DNA from: Spirochaetaceae bacterium
Lineage (GTDB): Bacteria > Spirochaetota > Spirochaetia > DSM-2461
Length of the DNA stretch: 64,000 bases
NCBI GenBank assembly: GCA_051531975.1
Contig: JAOPTT010000009.1
Location: 256,001 to 320,000, forward strand
Reading direction: 5' to 3'
Below the pieces are notes generated by a model. That model made no database searches and was not told the origin of the DNA. It saw nothing but the letters and a program-made list of their open reading frames with translations. Positions 47,316 through 58,059 of the stretch are shown here, piece after piece. A program made the position numbers and the translations under genes. Numbering within the stretch: the stretch's first letter is position 1; each line of letters starts with the position of its first letter.

Positions 47316-50276
47316 ATGCTTAAAATTAATAGATTTAATAATATATATGGAAGAGATACAGAAAAAGAGATCTTAATAAAAACTTTTAAGAAGTCAATCA
47401 ATAATATGCTACAGATAATATATGTTTCAGGACCCATTGGCTCAGGAAAAACTTCAGTAGTTAATGATATACAGAAAGAGATACAAGAGTGTAATGGTAT
47501 TTTTTTAAAAGGACAGTACGATCAACATAATATAAATTTACCATTTAACAGTTTATCAAAAGCATTTTACAATTATTTTGATACAATTTTGGTAAGAGAT
47601 GAAGAGAAAGCAAAAGAAATTTGTAACTCTATAGAAGTTGAGCTTGGGGATAATCTTCAATTTGTTTTACAGGCATTCCCAGATATTGGAACCTTTTTTA
47701 AAAACAGAGATGCCTCAGTAGGTCTTCCTATAAAAGAACAGGAGAGTATATTAATATCAAGTTGTATAACTTTTTTTAAAATTATTGGAGATTTAGGTGG
47801 ACCTATATTTTTATTCTATGATAATTTTCAGTGGGCAGATAATAGCTCAATAGAGTTACTCCAGCTATTGTTTAAATCTATTGATCTAAAAAATATAACA
47901 ATTGTTTGCGCTTTCAGAGGGATCGAATCAAATGAAAAACTAAGTGCCCTAATCAATTCTAATAAGAACAGCAAAAATGTTACATCTTTACCAATTAGTC
48001 CAATAGATTCAGATACTATAATGAAGATTTTAATCGAAACGTTTGATAATGATAATCCAGAAATTAAACCGTTATCAGACTTTATAATGAGAAAAACTAG
48101 GGGGAATCCTCTTCAAATTCATAATATTTTAAGAATACTTGTTAAGGATAATTTAATTAAACAGTACATTAATGATAATTGGAATTGGTCTTTATCGGAT
48201 ATTGAAAAATATGATATTGGAAAGAGCTTAGAAGATAATTTTTATCATGATTTTGAAGATCTTTCAGATTCGAAAAAAAAGTGTTTAGAATACGCCGCTT
48301 GTATTGGGGACAGCTTTTCAATTCAGGAGTTATTTCTATTTGTCGATAAAAACTTAAGCTTAAGAGATGATCTGGTTGAATTGATGTCAGATGGTTATAT
48401 AGTCTCTAGTAATCTAAGTGCTAGACTATTAAGTTATCCTAATATTGAAGTTAATTGTATTGGAGCTGGGAAACCTGTAGTATTAAGTTTCCTGCATGAT
48501 TCTATTTATAAAACTTGTCTAGGATCTTTATCTAAGGAGACAAAACAAGAGGTTCATTTGAAGCTAGGACTTCATTACCTAGAAAAAAGTCTATTACAAA
48601 AATCTTTTAGTATTAAAAGTGCTCTTCAATTTATATTATGCGAAGAAACTATTCCTAAGAGTTATAAAAAGCAGCTCTTAGATTTATATCTTGTGGCCGG
48701 TTCCCAGTGTCTAAAGACAGGAGCTTATGATCTAGGATTAAAGCTATCCCTAGAAGCAAAAAAAATATTATCTAAAGACTTCTCTCTGTCGGAATATCCA
48801 GATATTGCTAGAGATGTATATTTGAACTTAATGAAATCATACTACTTAAAGGATGAGATCCAGTTAGCTGAAGAACTGTCAGTTTCCCTTGTTGATATGA
48901 GTATTGGGCAGATTAAAAAGGCAGAAATATATAAAGAGCAAATGTCATGTTATTTATATCTAGGAAAGTTAAAAGAGTGTTTATCAAAAGGTCATAAAGC
49001 ACTTTCTATATTAAATTATCATTTTGATACAGATCCATCTATGTTTAAATTTATTCAAAAACTAATTTGGACTAACATTAAATTAAAACCACTTAAGACT
49101 AGAGATCTTTTATACAATGTGTCTGGGAAAGATAAAAGAGTTGAGTTAATTATTAATATCCTTGGAGGATTTATTGCTCCAGCATTTATCGCAGGAGAGT
49201 CTTATCTATTTTCTGTGGCATCGTTAAGTCAGATTCTTTTAACACTTAAACATGGGAATTATAAGGAGTCCGGTTGTTCATATAGTAGTTATGCTCTTTT
49301 ATTAAGTGGTTTAGGGAATTATAAAAAAGCGGCGCACTATTCTGAACTAGCAATAAAACTAAATGAGACTGGAGGTTCCAGTTTCTGGACTCCCTTAATT
49401 GATTCTATTAATATGTTATTTGTTGCCCCATGGAATAAGAGGTGGGAAGAGTTACCAGATCTTTCAAAAAAAGCGATGACTTCTTCTAAGCAAATTGGAG
49501 AGAAGTTTATATTGGCTAATCATTATAGTTTTGTAAATCAGTGGAACCCACATATAACTTTGACAAATGCAATAAAAGAGGGTGATTCATATCTAGAACT
49601 AATTACTGACTTAAACCAAGAAGGTCCATATTGGGGAGCAAAAGTTGTATACCAACGATGGATGAATTTAACTGGTCAACTCTCAGATAATTTAACTTTA
49701 GACTCATATTCTTTTAATGCCAAAGAGGTTCTAAAAAAACTATCTGAGATTAATTATATTTCAGGAATTGCAGTTTATCATATACAGATGATGACAATAT
49801 TATATCATCGTGGGCAGTATGAAAAAGCATATGATTGTTTTTTAGATTGTAATAAGGTTGTTTCTACATTAGCCGGGTCGGCCTATATATTCGATTATAC
49901 ATTATATGGTTTTCTTTTAAATGCAGCACTATATAGACAAAGTTCAGACAGAAAAATAAAAAGAAGTAATTTTAAGAGTATGAACAAACTAAGTCGGCGT
50001 ATGGATAAATGGGCTAGTATTAACCCAGATAATTTTAACTATTATAAGATACTTTTTGATGCAGAACGATGTTTTTCTAAAGGTAAAACAAATAGAGCCC
50101 AAACTTTATATAAAGAAAGTCAGTATTTTGTAGAATCTAGTATAAATAATAGAGATAAAGGCATTGTTCTAGAAGCTGCTAGTAGATTTTATATGAATAT
50201 AAATCATGAAGATACTGCCACTAAATTAGAAATTGAATCTAAAGGATATTATAAAGAGTGGGGTTATATAAAATAG
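47316..50276 (+). CDS. Stand-alone AAA_16/STAND-like ATPase with helical C-terminal region
   Basis: IYGRDTE, Walker A GPIGSGKT, DNFQWAD, TRGNP, AACIG, FLHD; no kinase or output domain. Confidence 0.8.
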   Translation: MLKINRFNNIYGRDTEKEILIKTFKKSINNMLQIIYVSGPIGSGKTSVVNDIQKEIQECNGIFLKGQYDQHNINLPFNSLSKAFYNYFDTILVRDEEKAKEICNSIEVELGDNLQFVLQAFPDIGTFFKNRDASVGLPIKEQESILISSCITFFKIIGDLGGPIFLFYDNFQWADNSSIELLQLLFKSIDLKNITIVCAFRGIESNEKLSALINSNKNSKNVTSLPISPIDSDTIMKILIETFDNDNPEIKPLSDFIMRKTRGNPLQIHNILRILVKDNLIKQYINDNWNWSLSDIEKYDIGKSLEDNFYHDFEDLSDSKKKCLEYAACIGDSFSIQELFLFVDKNLSLRDDLVELMSDGYIVSSNLSARLLSYPNIEVNCIGAGKPVVLSFLHDSIYKTCLGSLSKETKQEVHLKLGLHYLEKSLLQKSFSIKSALQFILCEETIPKSYKKQLLDLYLVAGSQCLKTGAYDLGLKLSLEAKKILSKDFSLSEYPDIARDVYLNLMKSYYLKDEIQLAEELSVSLVDMSIGQIKKAEIYKEQMSCYLYLGKLKECLSKGHKALSILNYHFDTDPSMFKFIQKLIWTNIKLKPLKTRDLLYNVSGKDKRVELIINILGGFIAPAFIAGESYLFSVASLSQILLTLKHGNYKESGCSYSSYALLLSGLGNYKKAAHYSELAIKLNETGGSSFWTPLIDSINMLFVAPWNKRWEELPDLSKKAMTSSKQIGEKFILANHYSFVNQWNPHITLTNAIKEGDSYLELITDLNQEGPYWGAKVVYQRWMNLTGQLSDNLTLDSYSFNAKEVLKKLSEINYISGIAVYHIQMMTILYHRGQYEKAYDCFLDCNKVVSTLAGSAYIFDYTLYGFLLNAALYRQSSDRKIKRSNFKSMNKLSRRMDKWASINPDNFNYYKILFDAERCFSKGKTNRAQTLYKESQYFVESSINNRDKGIVLEAASRFYMNINHEDTATKLEIESKGYYKEWGYIK

Positions 50277-50283
50277 TTAAAAT

Positions 50284-50306
50284 AAAGCCCCATATTATGG
50301 GGCTTA
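50284..50306. terminator. Bidirectional terminator
   Basis: AAGCCCCATA-t-TATGGGGCTT between convergent genes. Confidence 0.75.
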
Positions 50307-50311
50307 TATAT

Positions 50312-52090
50312 TTACTCTTTCTCGACTGGTAATTTAATCTGAAGGCTTAATTCTTCAACTTGTATAGGCTCAACTTCCGCAGGACTTTCATCCATAGGAG
50401 ACATGGCCATATTGTTTTTAGGGAAAGGAATAACCTCTCTAATTGAGTCTTCTCCAGCCATAATCATAACTAGTCTATCTAAACCTGGAGCAATTCCACC
50501 GTGGGGAGGAGCACCAAATTTAAATGATTCAAGTAGGAAACCAAACTTTGACATAGCTTCTTCTTCCTGGATTCCAACAATAGAGAATATTCTTTTTTGG
50601 ATCTCTGGGTCATGAACTCTAATAGAACCAGATGCTAACTCGTAACCGTTAAGAACTAAGTCGTATAGGTCACCTTTTACTTCACCAGGATTTTCTTCCA
50701 TTGTTTCTAAATATTGATTTTGTGGCATACTAAATAGGTGGTGACAAGCTTCCCAGTTTCCATCATCATTTTTTTCAAATAGTGGGAAATCTACAATCCA
50801 ACAGAAGTTAAAAGTTTTAGGATCAAATAGATTTCTATCAATACCTAATTGTTTTCTAACAGCACCTAAAGATGTTACTGAAGTTTTCCAATCAGAACCC
50901 ATTAGTAGGATTAAGTCATTCTCTTTTGCACCTAAGCCGTCAGTTATTTCAGTAAATTGGTTATTATAAAACTTTGAAACTCCACCATCAAAAGAATCGG
51001 CTTTAACTTTCATCCAAGCTAAACCTTTAGCTCCATGTTGTTTTGCAACTTCTTCTAACTGTGTTATTTTTTTTCTTGAATAATCAGGGGCAGCATCAGG
51101 TACAACGATTGCTCTAACTGCTCCATTTGTATCTAATACAGATTTAAATACTCCAAAGTCAGAACCTGGTACATAAGGTGCGAAATCTTGAAGTTTCATA
51201 TCGAATCTTAATTCTGGTTTATCAGAACCATAGGTATTCATTGCATCCATATAAGTTAATCTTTGGAACTGTGATGGTAGTGTTATTCCCATTGTTTTAT
51301 TAAATATAAAACCCATCATCTCTTCTGTCATTTTATAGATATCTTCAGCTGAAACAAAACTCTGTTCAATATCAATTTGTGTAAACTCTAATTGTCTATC
51401 ACCCCTTGCATCTTCATCACGGTAACATCTAGCAATCTGGAAGTATTTATCCATGTTAGAAACCATTAATATCTGCTTATATAACTGTGGTGATTGAGGT
51501 AGTGCAAAAAACTTTCCTGGGTGCACTCTAGAAGGTACTAAAAAGTCTCTAGCTCCCTCTGGAGTCGCTTTTATTAAAGTTGGAGTCTCAATCTCCATAA
51601 AACCTTGTCCATTTAAGAACTCTCTTGTTGCAAATGTTACGTCGGATCTAAGTTTCATTCTCTTTTGCATACCATCGGATCTTAAATCCAGGTATCTATA
51701 TTTTAATCTAAGTGTCTCGTTAGCTTTTGATTCATCTTCTATCATAAAAGGTAGAGTTTCACACTTATTTAGAATTGTAATAACTTTTGCAGACAGTTCA
51801 ATTTCACCTGTAGCCATGTCAGGATTAATCATGGAGTCAGGTCTTTTTCTTACTATACCTTTAATTGCAACACAGTATTCAAATTTTAGTTCAGAAGCTA
51901 CATCTAAAATATCCTGGTTAGCATCTTCATCTATAACAACCTGTGTTACACCATATTTATCTCTAAGGTTTATAAAGTGTACACCACCATGATTCCGGTT
52001 TTTATGTACCCAACCGTTTAATATAATCTCTTTACCATCGAATTCTTTTGTTAGTTCTCCGCATGTTACGGTTCTCTGCATCTCTTTCAT
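50312..52090 (-). CDS. aspS: Aspartyl-tRNA synthetase
   Basis: RLKYRYLDLR, TPEGARDF, LPQSPQLYKQ, RDED, GAPPHGGIAPGLDR. Confidence 0.97.
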   Translation of the reverse strand: MKEMQRTVTCGELTKEFDGKEIILNGWVHKNRNHGGVHFINLRDKYGVTQVVIDEDANQDILDVASELKFEYCVAIKGIVRKRPDSMINPDMATGEIELSAKVITILNKCETLPFMIEDESKANETLRLKYRYLDLRSDGMQKRMKLRSDVTFATREFLNGQGFMEIETPTLIKATPEGARDFLVPSRVHPGKFFALPQSPQLYKQILMVSNMDKYFQIARCYRDEDARGDRQLEFTQIDIEQSFVSAEDIYKMTEEMMGFIFNKTMGITLPSQFQRLTYMDAMNTYGSDKPELRFDMKLQDFAPYVPGSDFGVFKSVLDTNGAVRAIVVPDAAPDYSRKKITQLEEVAKQHGAKGLAWMKVKADSFDGGVSKFYNNQFTEITDGLGAKENDLILLMGSDWKTSVTSLGAVRKQLGIDRNLFDPKTFNFCWIVDFPLFEKNDDGNWEACHHLFSMPQNQYLETMEENPGEVKGDLYDLVLNGYELASGSIRVHDPEIQKRIFSIVGIQEEEAMSKFGFLLESFKFGAPPHGGIAPGLDRLVMIMAGEDSIREVIPFPKNNMAMSPMDESPAEVEPIQVEELSLQIKLPVEKE

Positions 52091-52244
52091 AAACAAGAGA
52101 ATAGCATTTTTAATTTAGTTTGTTAACTATTTATTCCTATAGGTATTAGTCAAACTTTAGTAAATAACAGATTTTTTTTATGTTTTTGTAATATATTTAG
52201 TTGTCATATCTATAAATAATTATTATTATGTCTTCATACAATAC

Positions 52245-52271
52245 TAATTAGGACTAAATTAGTCCGAATTA
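52245..52271. promoter_or_regulatory. IscR/Rrf2-type operator upstream of nifSU
   Basis: TAATTAGGACTAA-A-TTAGTCCGAATTA (1 mismatch); core GACT-AAATT-AGTC fits the IscR type-1 pattern. Confidence 0.7.
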
Positions 52272-52282
52272 CTTAGGAGTAG

Positions 52283-54419
<2,137 letters not shown>

Positions 54420-54425
54420 TAACAG

Positions 54426-54453
54426 ACCCTGCTTTTGCAGGGGTTATTTTTTT
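54426..54453 (+). terminator. Rho-independent terminator after nifU
   Basis: CCCTGC-tttt-GCAGGG followed by T-tract. Confidence 0.7.
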
Positions 54454-54595
54454 ATAAGTATATTATTTATTCAATTTCATATCTAATAATATCTTCCACT
54501 TTTGGAACTGTGTTGTATGTCTTCACCCAATTACCATTTTGTTTGACTTCATATATTTTAAAAACAAATGGTATTCCTTTTGCAATAATAGTGTT

Positions 54596-54711
54596 GGAAG
54601 GTCTTATTTCATTATTATTTAAAGCTATCAACTTTAGTTTTAAATGGGCTTAAATAGTGAAAAATTCCATAAACAAAATCAGTCCCGTGTGTTAAATTTG
54701 GAGATATTGTT
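54596..54711. repeat. ~116-bp direct repeat, copy 1
   Basis: GGAAGGTCTTATTTCATTA...AAATGGGCTTAAATAGTGAAAA...CAAAATCAGTCCCGT...TTTGGAGATATTGTT; near-identical to 56605-56721. Confidence 0.9.
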
Positions 54712-54779
54712 TTTAGGAAGCTTTAAATAATCAAATATGTTAGTGTTCTACTTTGTATGTAGCAGTATTATCAATTATG

Positions 54780-55991
54780 TTATTTAACTTCAAATCTTAT
54801 ATTTTCTAGAAGAAAATCATATAGATTTATATGTGTGATACCATCTTTTGATAGATCAATTTTATCCATGGTAATCAAATATTTTGGATATTGATCATTT
54901 ATTTTTAGAAGTGCATTCATCTCCCTTGCATATGTTCTTTCATCTAAAGCCGTCAGACTAACCTGAAAATATAATCTTTTATCTCCTTTAATAGCAATAA
55001 AATCTACCTCGGATGACATGTTTTTCCCAACAGTTACTTCATAACCTAATCGAAGTAACTGAAGATATACAATATTTTCTATAACATGTCCTAAATTACC
55101 ACTGCGATATCCTATGAGCCTGTTTCTAAGACCTGTATCAACGACATAGTATTTACCATTAGTTTTAAGACGTTCTTTTCCCCTAATATCATATCTCTCA
55201 CATTGATAAAGCATATGGGCATCACACATTAACTGTAGATAATTATCTACTGTGTCTGAGGTGATTTTATGTCCATGAGATATCATTGTATTTTTGATTG
55301 CATTGGCAGATGTATTATTACCAATATTTTCAAAAACAAACTTTGCTACTTTATAGAAAGCTCCTTCATCTCGAATCCTACCTCTTAGAATAATATCTCT
55401 AGTAAATATTGAATCAAATAATCCTGAAAGAATTGCCTCTACCAGTTCCTGCCCATTAGCTAAACTAACAGCGGGAAAAGATCCTACTAGAAGATACTCG
55501 TTAAAATGCTTCTCAACATTTTGTTCACTATATGATTTAAATTCTAAAAACTCTTTAAATGATAAGGGCAGAACTTTAATCTCTATATACCTACCTGAAA
55601 GATATGTAAGATGCTCCCCTGAAAACATTCTTGAATTTGAGCCAGTAACATATATATCAGCATTAAAACTTACTCTTAAACTATTAATAACTTTCGCCCA
55701 ATCATAGAGCTCTTGTACTTCATCAATTAGTAAATAGATTCTACTACTATCTTTCACTTTACCTTTTATGTAGTCATGTATGGATTTCTCATCTTTTAAA
55801 TCATCATTTAGATATTTTTCATAATTTATTTCAATGATCTGGCTTTCTTCTACACTCTGATCTATAAGATATTCTTTAAACAGAACAAGTAGAGATGATT
55901 TCCCTGATCGTCTAACACCAGTTATCACTTTAACAAAATCATTATCTTTATACTGAACCAGTTTATCTGTATATCTTGATCTCTTAATCAT
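54780..55991 (-). CDS. ATP-binding protein, AAA_14 + DUF4143 family
   Basis: ITGVRRSGKS, LIDEVQ, VTGSNS, KYYVVDTGL, EVDFIA...QV. Confidence 0.9.
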   Translation of the reverse strand: MIKRSRYTDKLVQYKDNDFVKVITGVRRSGKSSLLVLFKEYLIDQSVEESQIIEINYEKYLNDDLKDEKSIHDYIKGKVKDSSRIYLLIDEVQELYDWAKVINSLRVSFNADIYVTGSNSRMFSGEHLTYLSGRYIEIKVLPLSFKEFLEFKSYSEQNVEKHFNEYLLVGSFPAVSLANGQELVEAILSGLFDSIFTRDIILRGRIRDEGAFYKVAKFVFENIGNNTSANAIKNTMISHGHKITSDTVDNYLQLMCDAHMLYQCERYDIRGKERLKTNGKYYVVDTGLRNRLIGYRSGNLGHVIENIVYLQLLRLGYEVTVGKNMSSEVDFIAIKGDKRLYFQVSLTALDERTYAREMNALLKINDQYPKYLITMDKIDLSKDGITHINLYDFLLENIRFEVK

Positions 55992-56246
55992 AAGTACCTC
56001 ATTATTCTAACTATAACTTCAAAATCGACAGAAATCAATTATATTACGATCAGTAGTCGTAAAAAGAAATAGTATTGTCGTTTTTCATAGTAAAAACTAA
56101 GTATTTAATAATAAGATTAAGCAATGTTCAGGCCCAAATATATGGATATATTGCTGTAACAGTATAACAACAGAATTTTATTGGTTAAACATTTGATACT
56201 TAATGTTGATAATCCCTTACTTATAAGGAATTATCATTATTAAAAG

Positions 56247-56604
56247 CTATACAGCTACGTCGATAACCTCTTCTTCTTTTACCACTACAGGAATTGGTTT
56301 AAACTCCACATGTTCAGCTACAACTTTTATCCTTGAATGAGGATTCTCAGATTCATCCACCCACCTGTCCTGTTTTAATCTTCCAACAACTCTAACACCT
56401 CTACCCTTGCAAAGATGTTTAAGGCAGCTCTCGGCTATTGTCGACCAAACTTCTATATCAAAGTAGGATACCTCTTTTACATAATCATCATCTTTCTTAT
56501 AACTTCTGTTAACAGCTATAGTAAAGTTACAGATAATAGTATCCTGGGGGGGTTCTTCTCTCTACAGGGTCTTTAACTAAATTTCCCTCTAACAACATAG
56601 AGTC
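56247..56604 (-). pseudogene. ssb: Single-stranded DNA-binding protein, frameshifted and probably 5'-clipped
   Basis: DSMLLEGNLVKDP...CNFTIAVNR...SYFDIEVW...KGRGVRVVGRLKQDRW...VAEHVEFKP; extra base in G7 run at 56546-56552; absent from the ORF track. Confidence 0.85.
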
Positions 56605-56721
56605 GGAAGGTCTTATTTCATTATTTTTTAGAAGCTATCAAATTTAGTAAAAAATGGGCTTAAATAGTGAAAATTTCCATAAACAAAATCAGTCCCGTCT
56701 TTTTAATTTGGAGATATTGTT
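56605..56721. repeat. ~117-bp direct repeat, copy 2
   Basis: Near-identical to 54596-54711; abuts the clipped 5' end of ssb. Confidence 0.9.
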
Positions 56722-56973
56722 GCAATTTAAATATTATGCAATTGTCAGTCCCCAAACACTCCTACAAATAGTAGTTATTACAACATATTGATTATGAAAT
56801 ATTTTCATAAATAGATCTCCATATTATTTTTTATATATTAATTCAAAAAGGTGTATTTGATACGTCTGTACAGTTAGTAATATTTTACATTTTATTATTC
56901 CTGTTCCATATAATTAAAGAATCTATTGTGAATAACATATCATAAATATGTCCAGTAAACTGGTGGAATTCCG

Positions 56974-57866
56974 TTATATAAGTTTTTTCAACTCTTCTAT
57001 AGAAAAACCAGTGACTTTAGAAACAAAATCTAGTTCAGATCCTGCATTTAGAAGATTTCTAGCGATTTATTCCTTACCTTGATCTCTAGCATACTCCAAA
57101 GCTCACCTATCAGAAGCCACATCTTCTAAATATTTATTATATGCTCTCTGCTCTTTTGGAGTCATGGATATGTAGTCCAGCTTTTCACTCATCTCTTTTA
57201 TTCCCTTGGATTCAAATTCGTCCTCGACTCTGTGATTCTTTATGGAATAGATCCACTCATCTAAGGAGTCTTTTACCCTATTGTTAAAAATAGAGATGGA
57301 TATAACAAAGTACTCAGGAAAGATATTAATCTAATCTCTACTATTATTATAACCAACTAAGAAGTTACTGTCTATATTTATAGGTTCTCTACTGTGTAAT
57401 CTAGGCTGCATAGGCGAGCAGTAAACTTGTTTACGACCAGCTCAGAGAATTCTGTTTTACCATGATAGACATAATCTGAATGGGAATTACTACTTTTAGC
57501 TTCTACATCAAAATAGATTAGGCTTACAGAGTAGACTTTATTAACATAGGAATAATCCTCTCCAGATTTTATATTATCTGAAATATCCTTACTTGTTCCA
57601 AATAGTAACCTTTTAAAGTAGTTTTTTTCAGGAGCATACTGTATCTCTATTATCACATGTTCCCCTGAAGAGTTTTCTGCAATTAGATCTACCCTGTTAT
57701 ACTTAATATCCCGAGCATCCTGATTCCCCTCGCTCTCTAGAATATTAACAACTTTTATTTCTTCACCTAAAAGTGCTAATAAAAATCCTTCCAGTACTAC
57801 ATAGTTTACTTTATCCCTCAGGATATACTTTATTGCCCAATCAAAACTTACAATTTCTCTACTCAT
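56974..57866 (-). pseudogene. Rpn-family PD-(D/E)XK nuclease (recombination-promoting nuclease/putative transposase) pseudogene
   Basis: SFDWAIK, LESE, NRVD, IIEIQ, YHGKTEF, IFPEY, LDEWIY, C-terminal IARNLLNAG...SKVTGFSIEE; broken by a 41-bp insertion, stops and further frameshifts. Confidence 0.85.
57402..57442. mobile_element. 41-bp hairpin micro-element, copy B (inserted in Rpn gene)
   Basis: TAGGCTGCATAGGCGAGCA-GTAAAC-tt-GTTTAC-GACCAGCT; excision restores the reading frame EF-S-G-L-H. Confidence 0.65.
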
Positions 57867-58059
57867 ACTAGGTTTATAGTGGTTCGTATCATATAAATTC
57901 AATTTAAAATCGATATATCTGGCTAAATTGATAACTAATTATATATCTTCAGAAAGCTGTATGTATGAAATTCAGTGCGTAATAATGGTTATTTGACTAA
58001 AGAACATTGGAATACTATTATACTGGATGGAACCCTGGAAGACGATCTTGTAAAAAGAC

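Noticed and set aside
54435..54653. 72-aa plus-strand ORF after nifU
   Set aside because: Starts inside the terminator and runs into the repeat; the minus strand looks more protein-like
54596..56721. Integron attC/attI interpretation of the 116-bp repeats
   Set aside because: Hairpin is shorter than known attC sites, core sites fit poorly, genes are oriented the wrong way and no integrase is present
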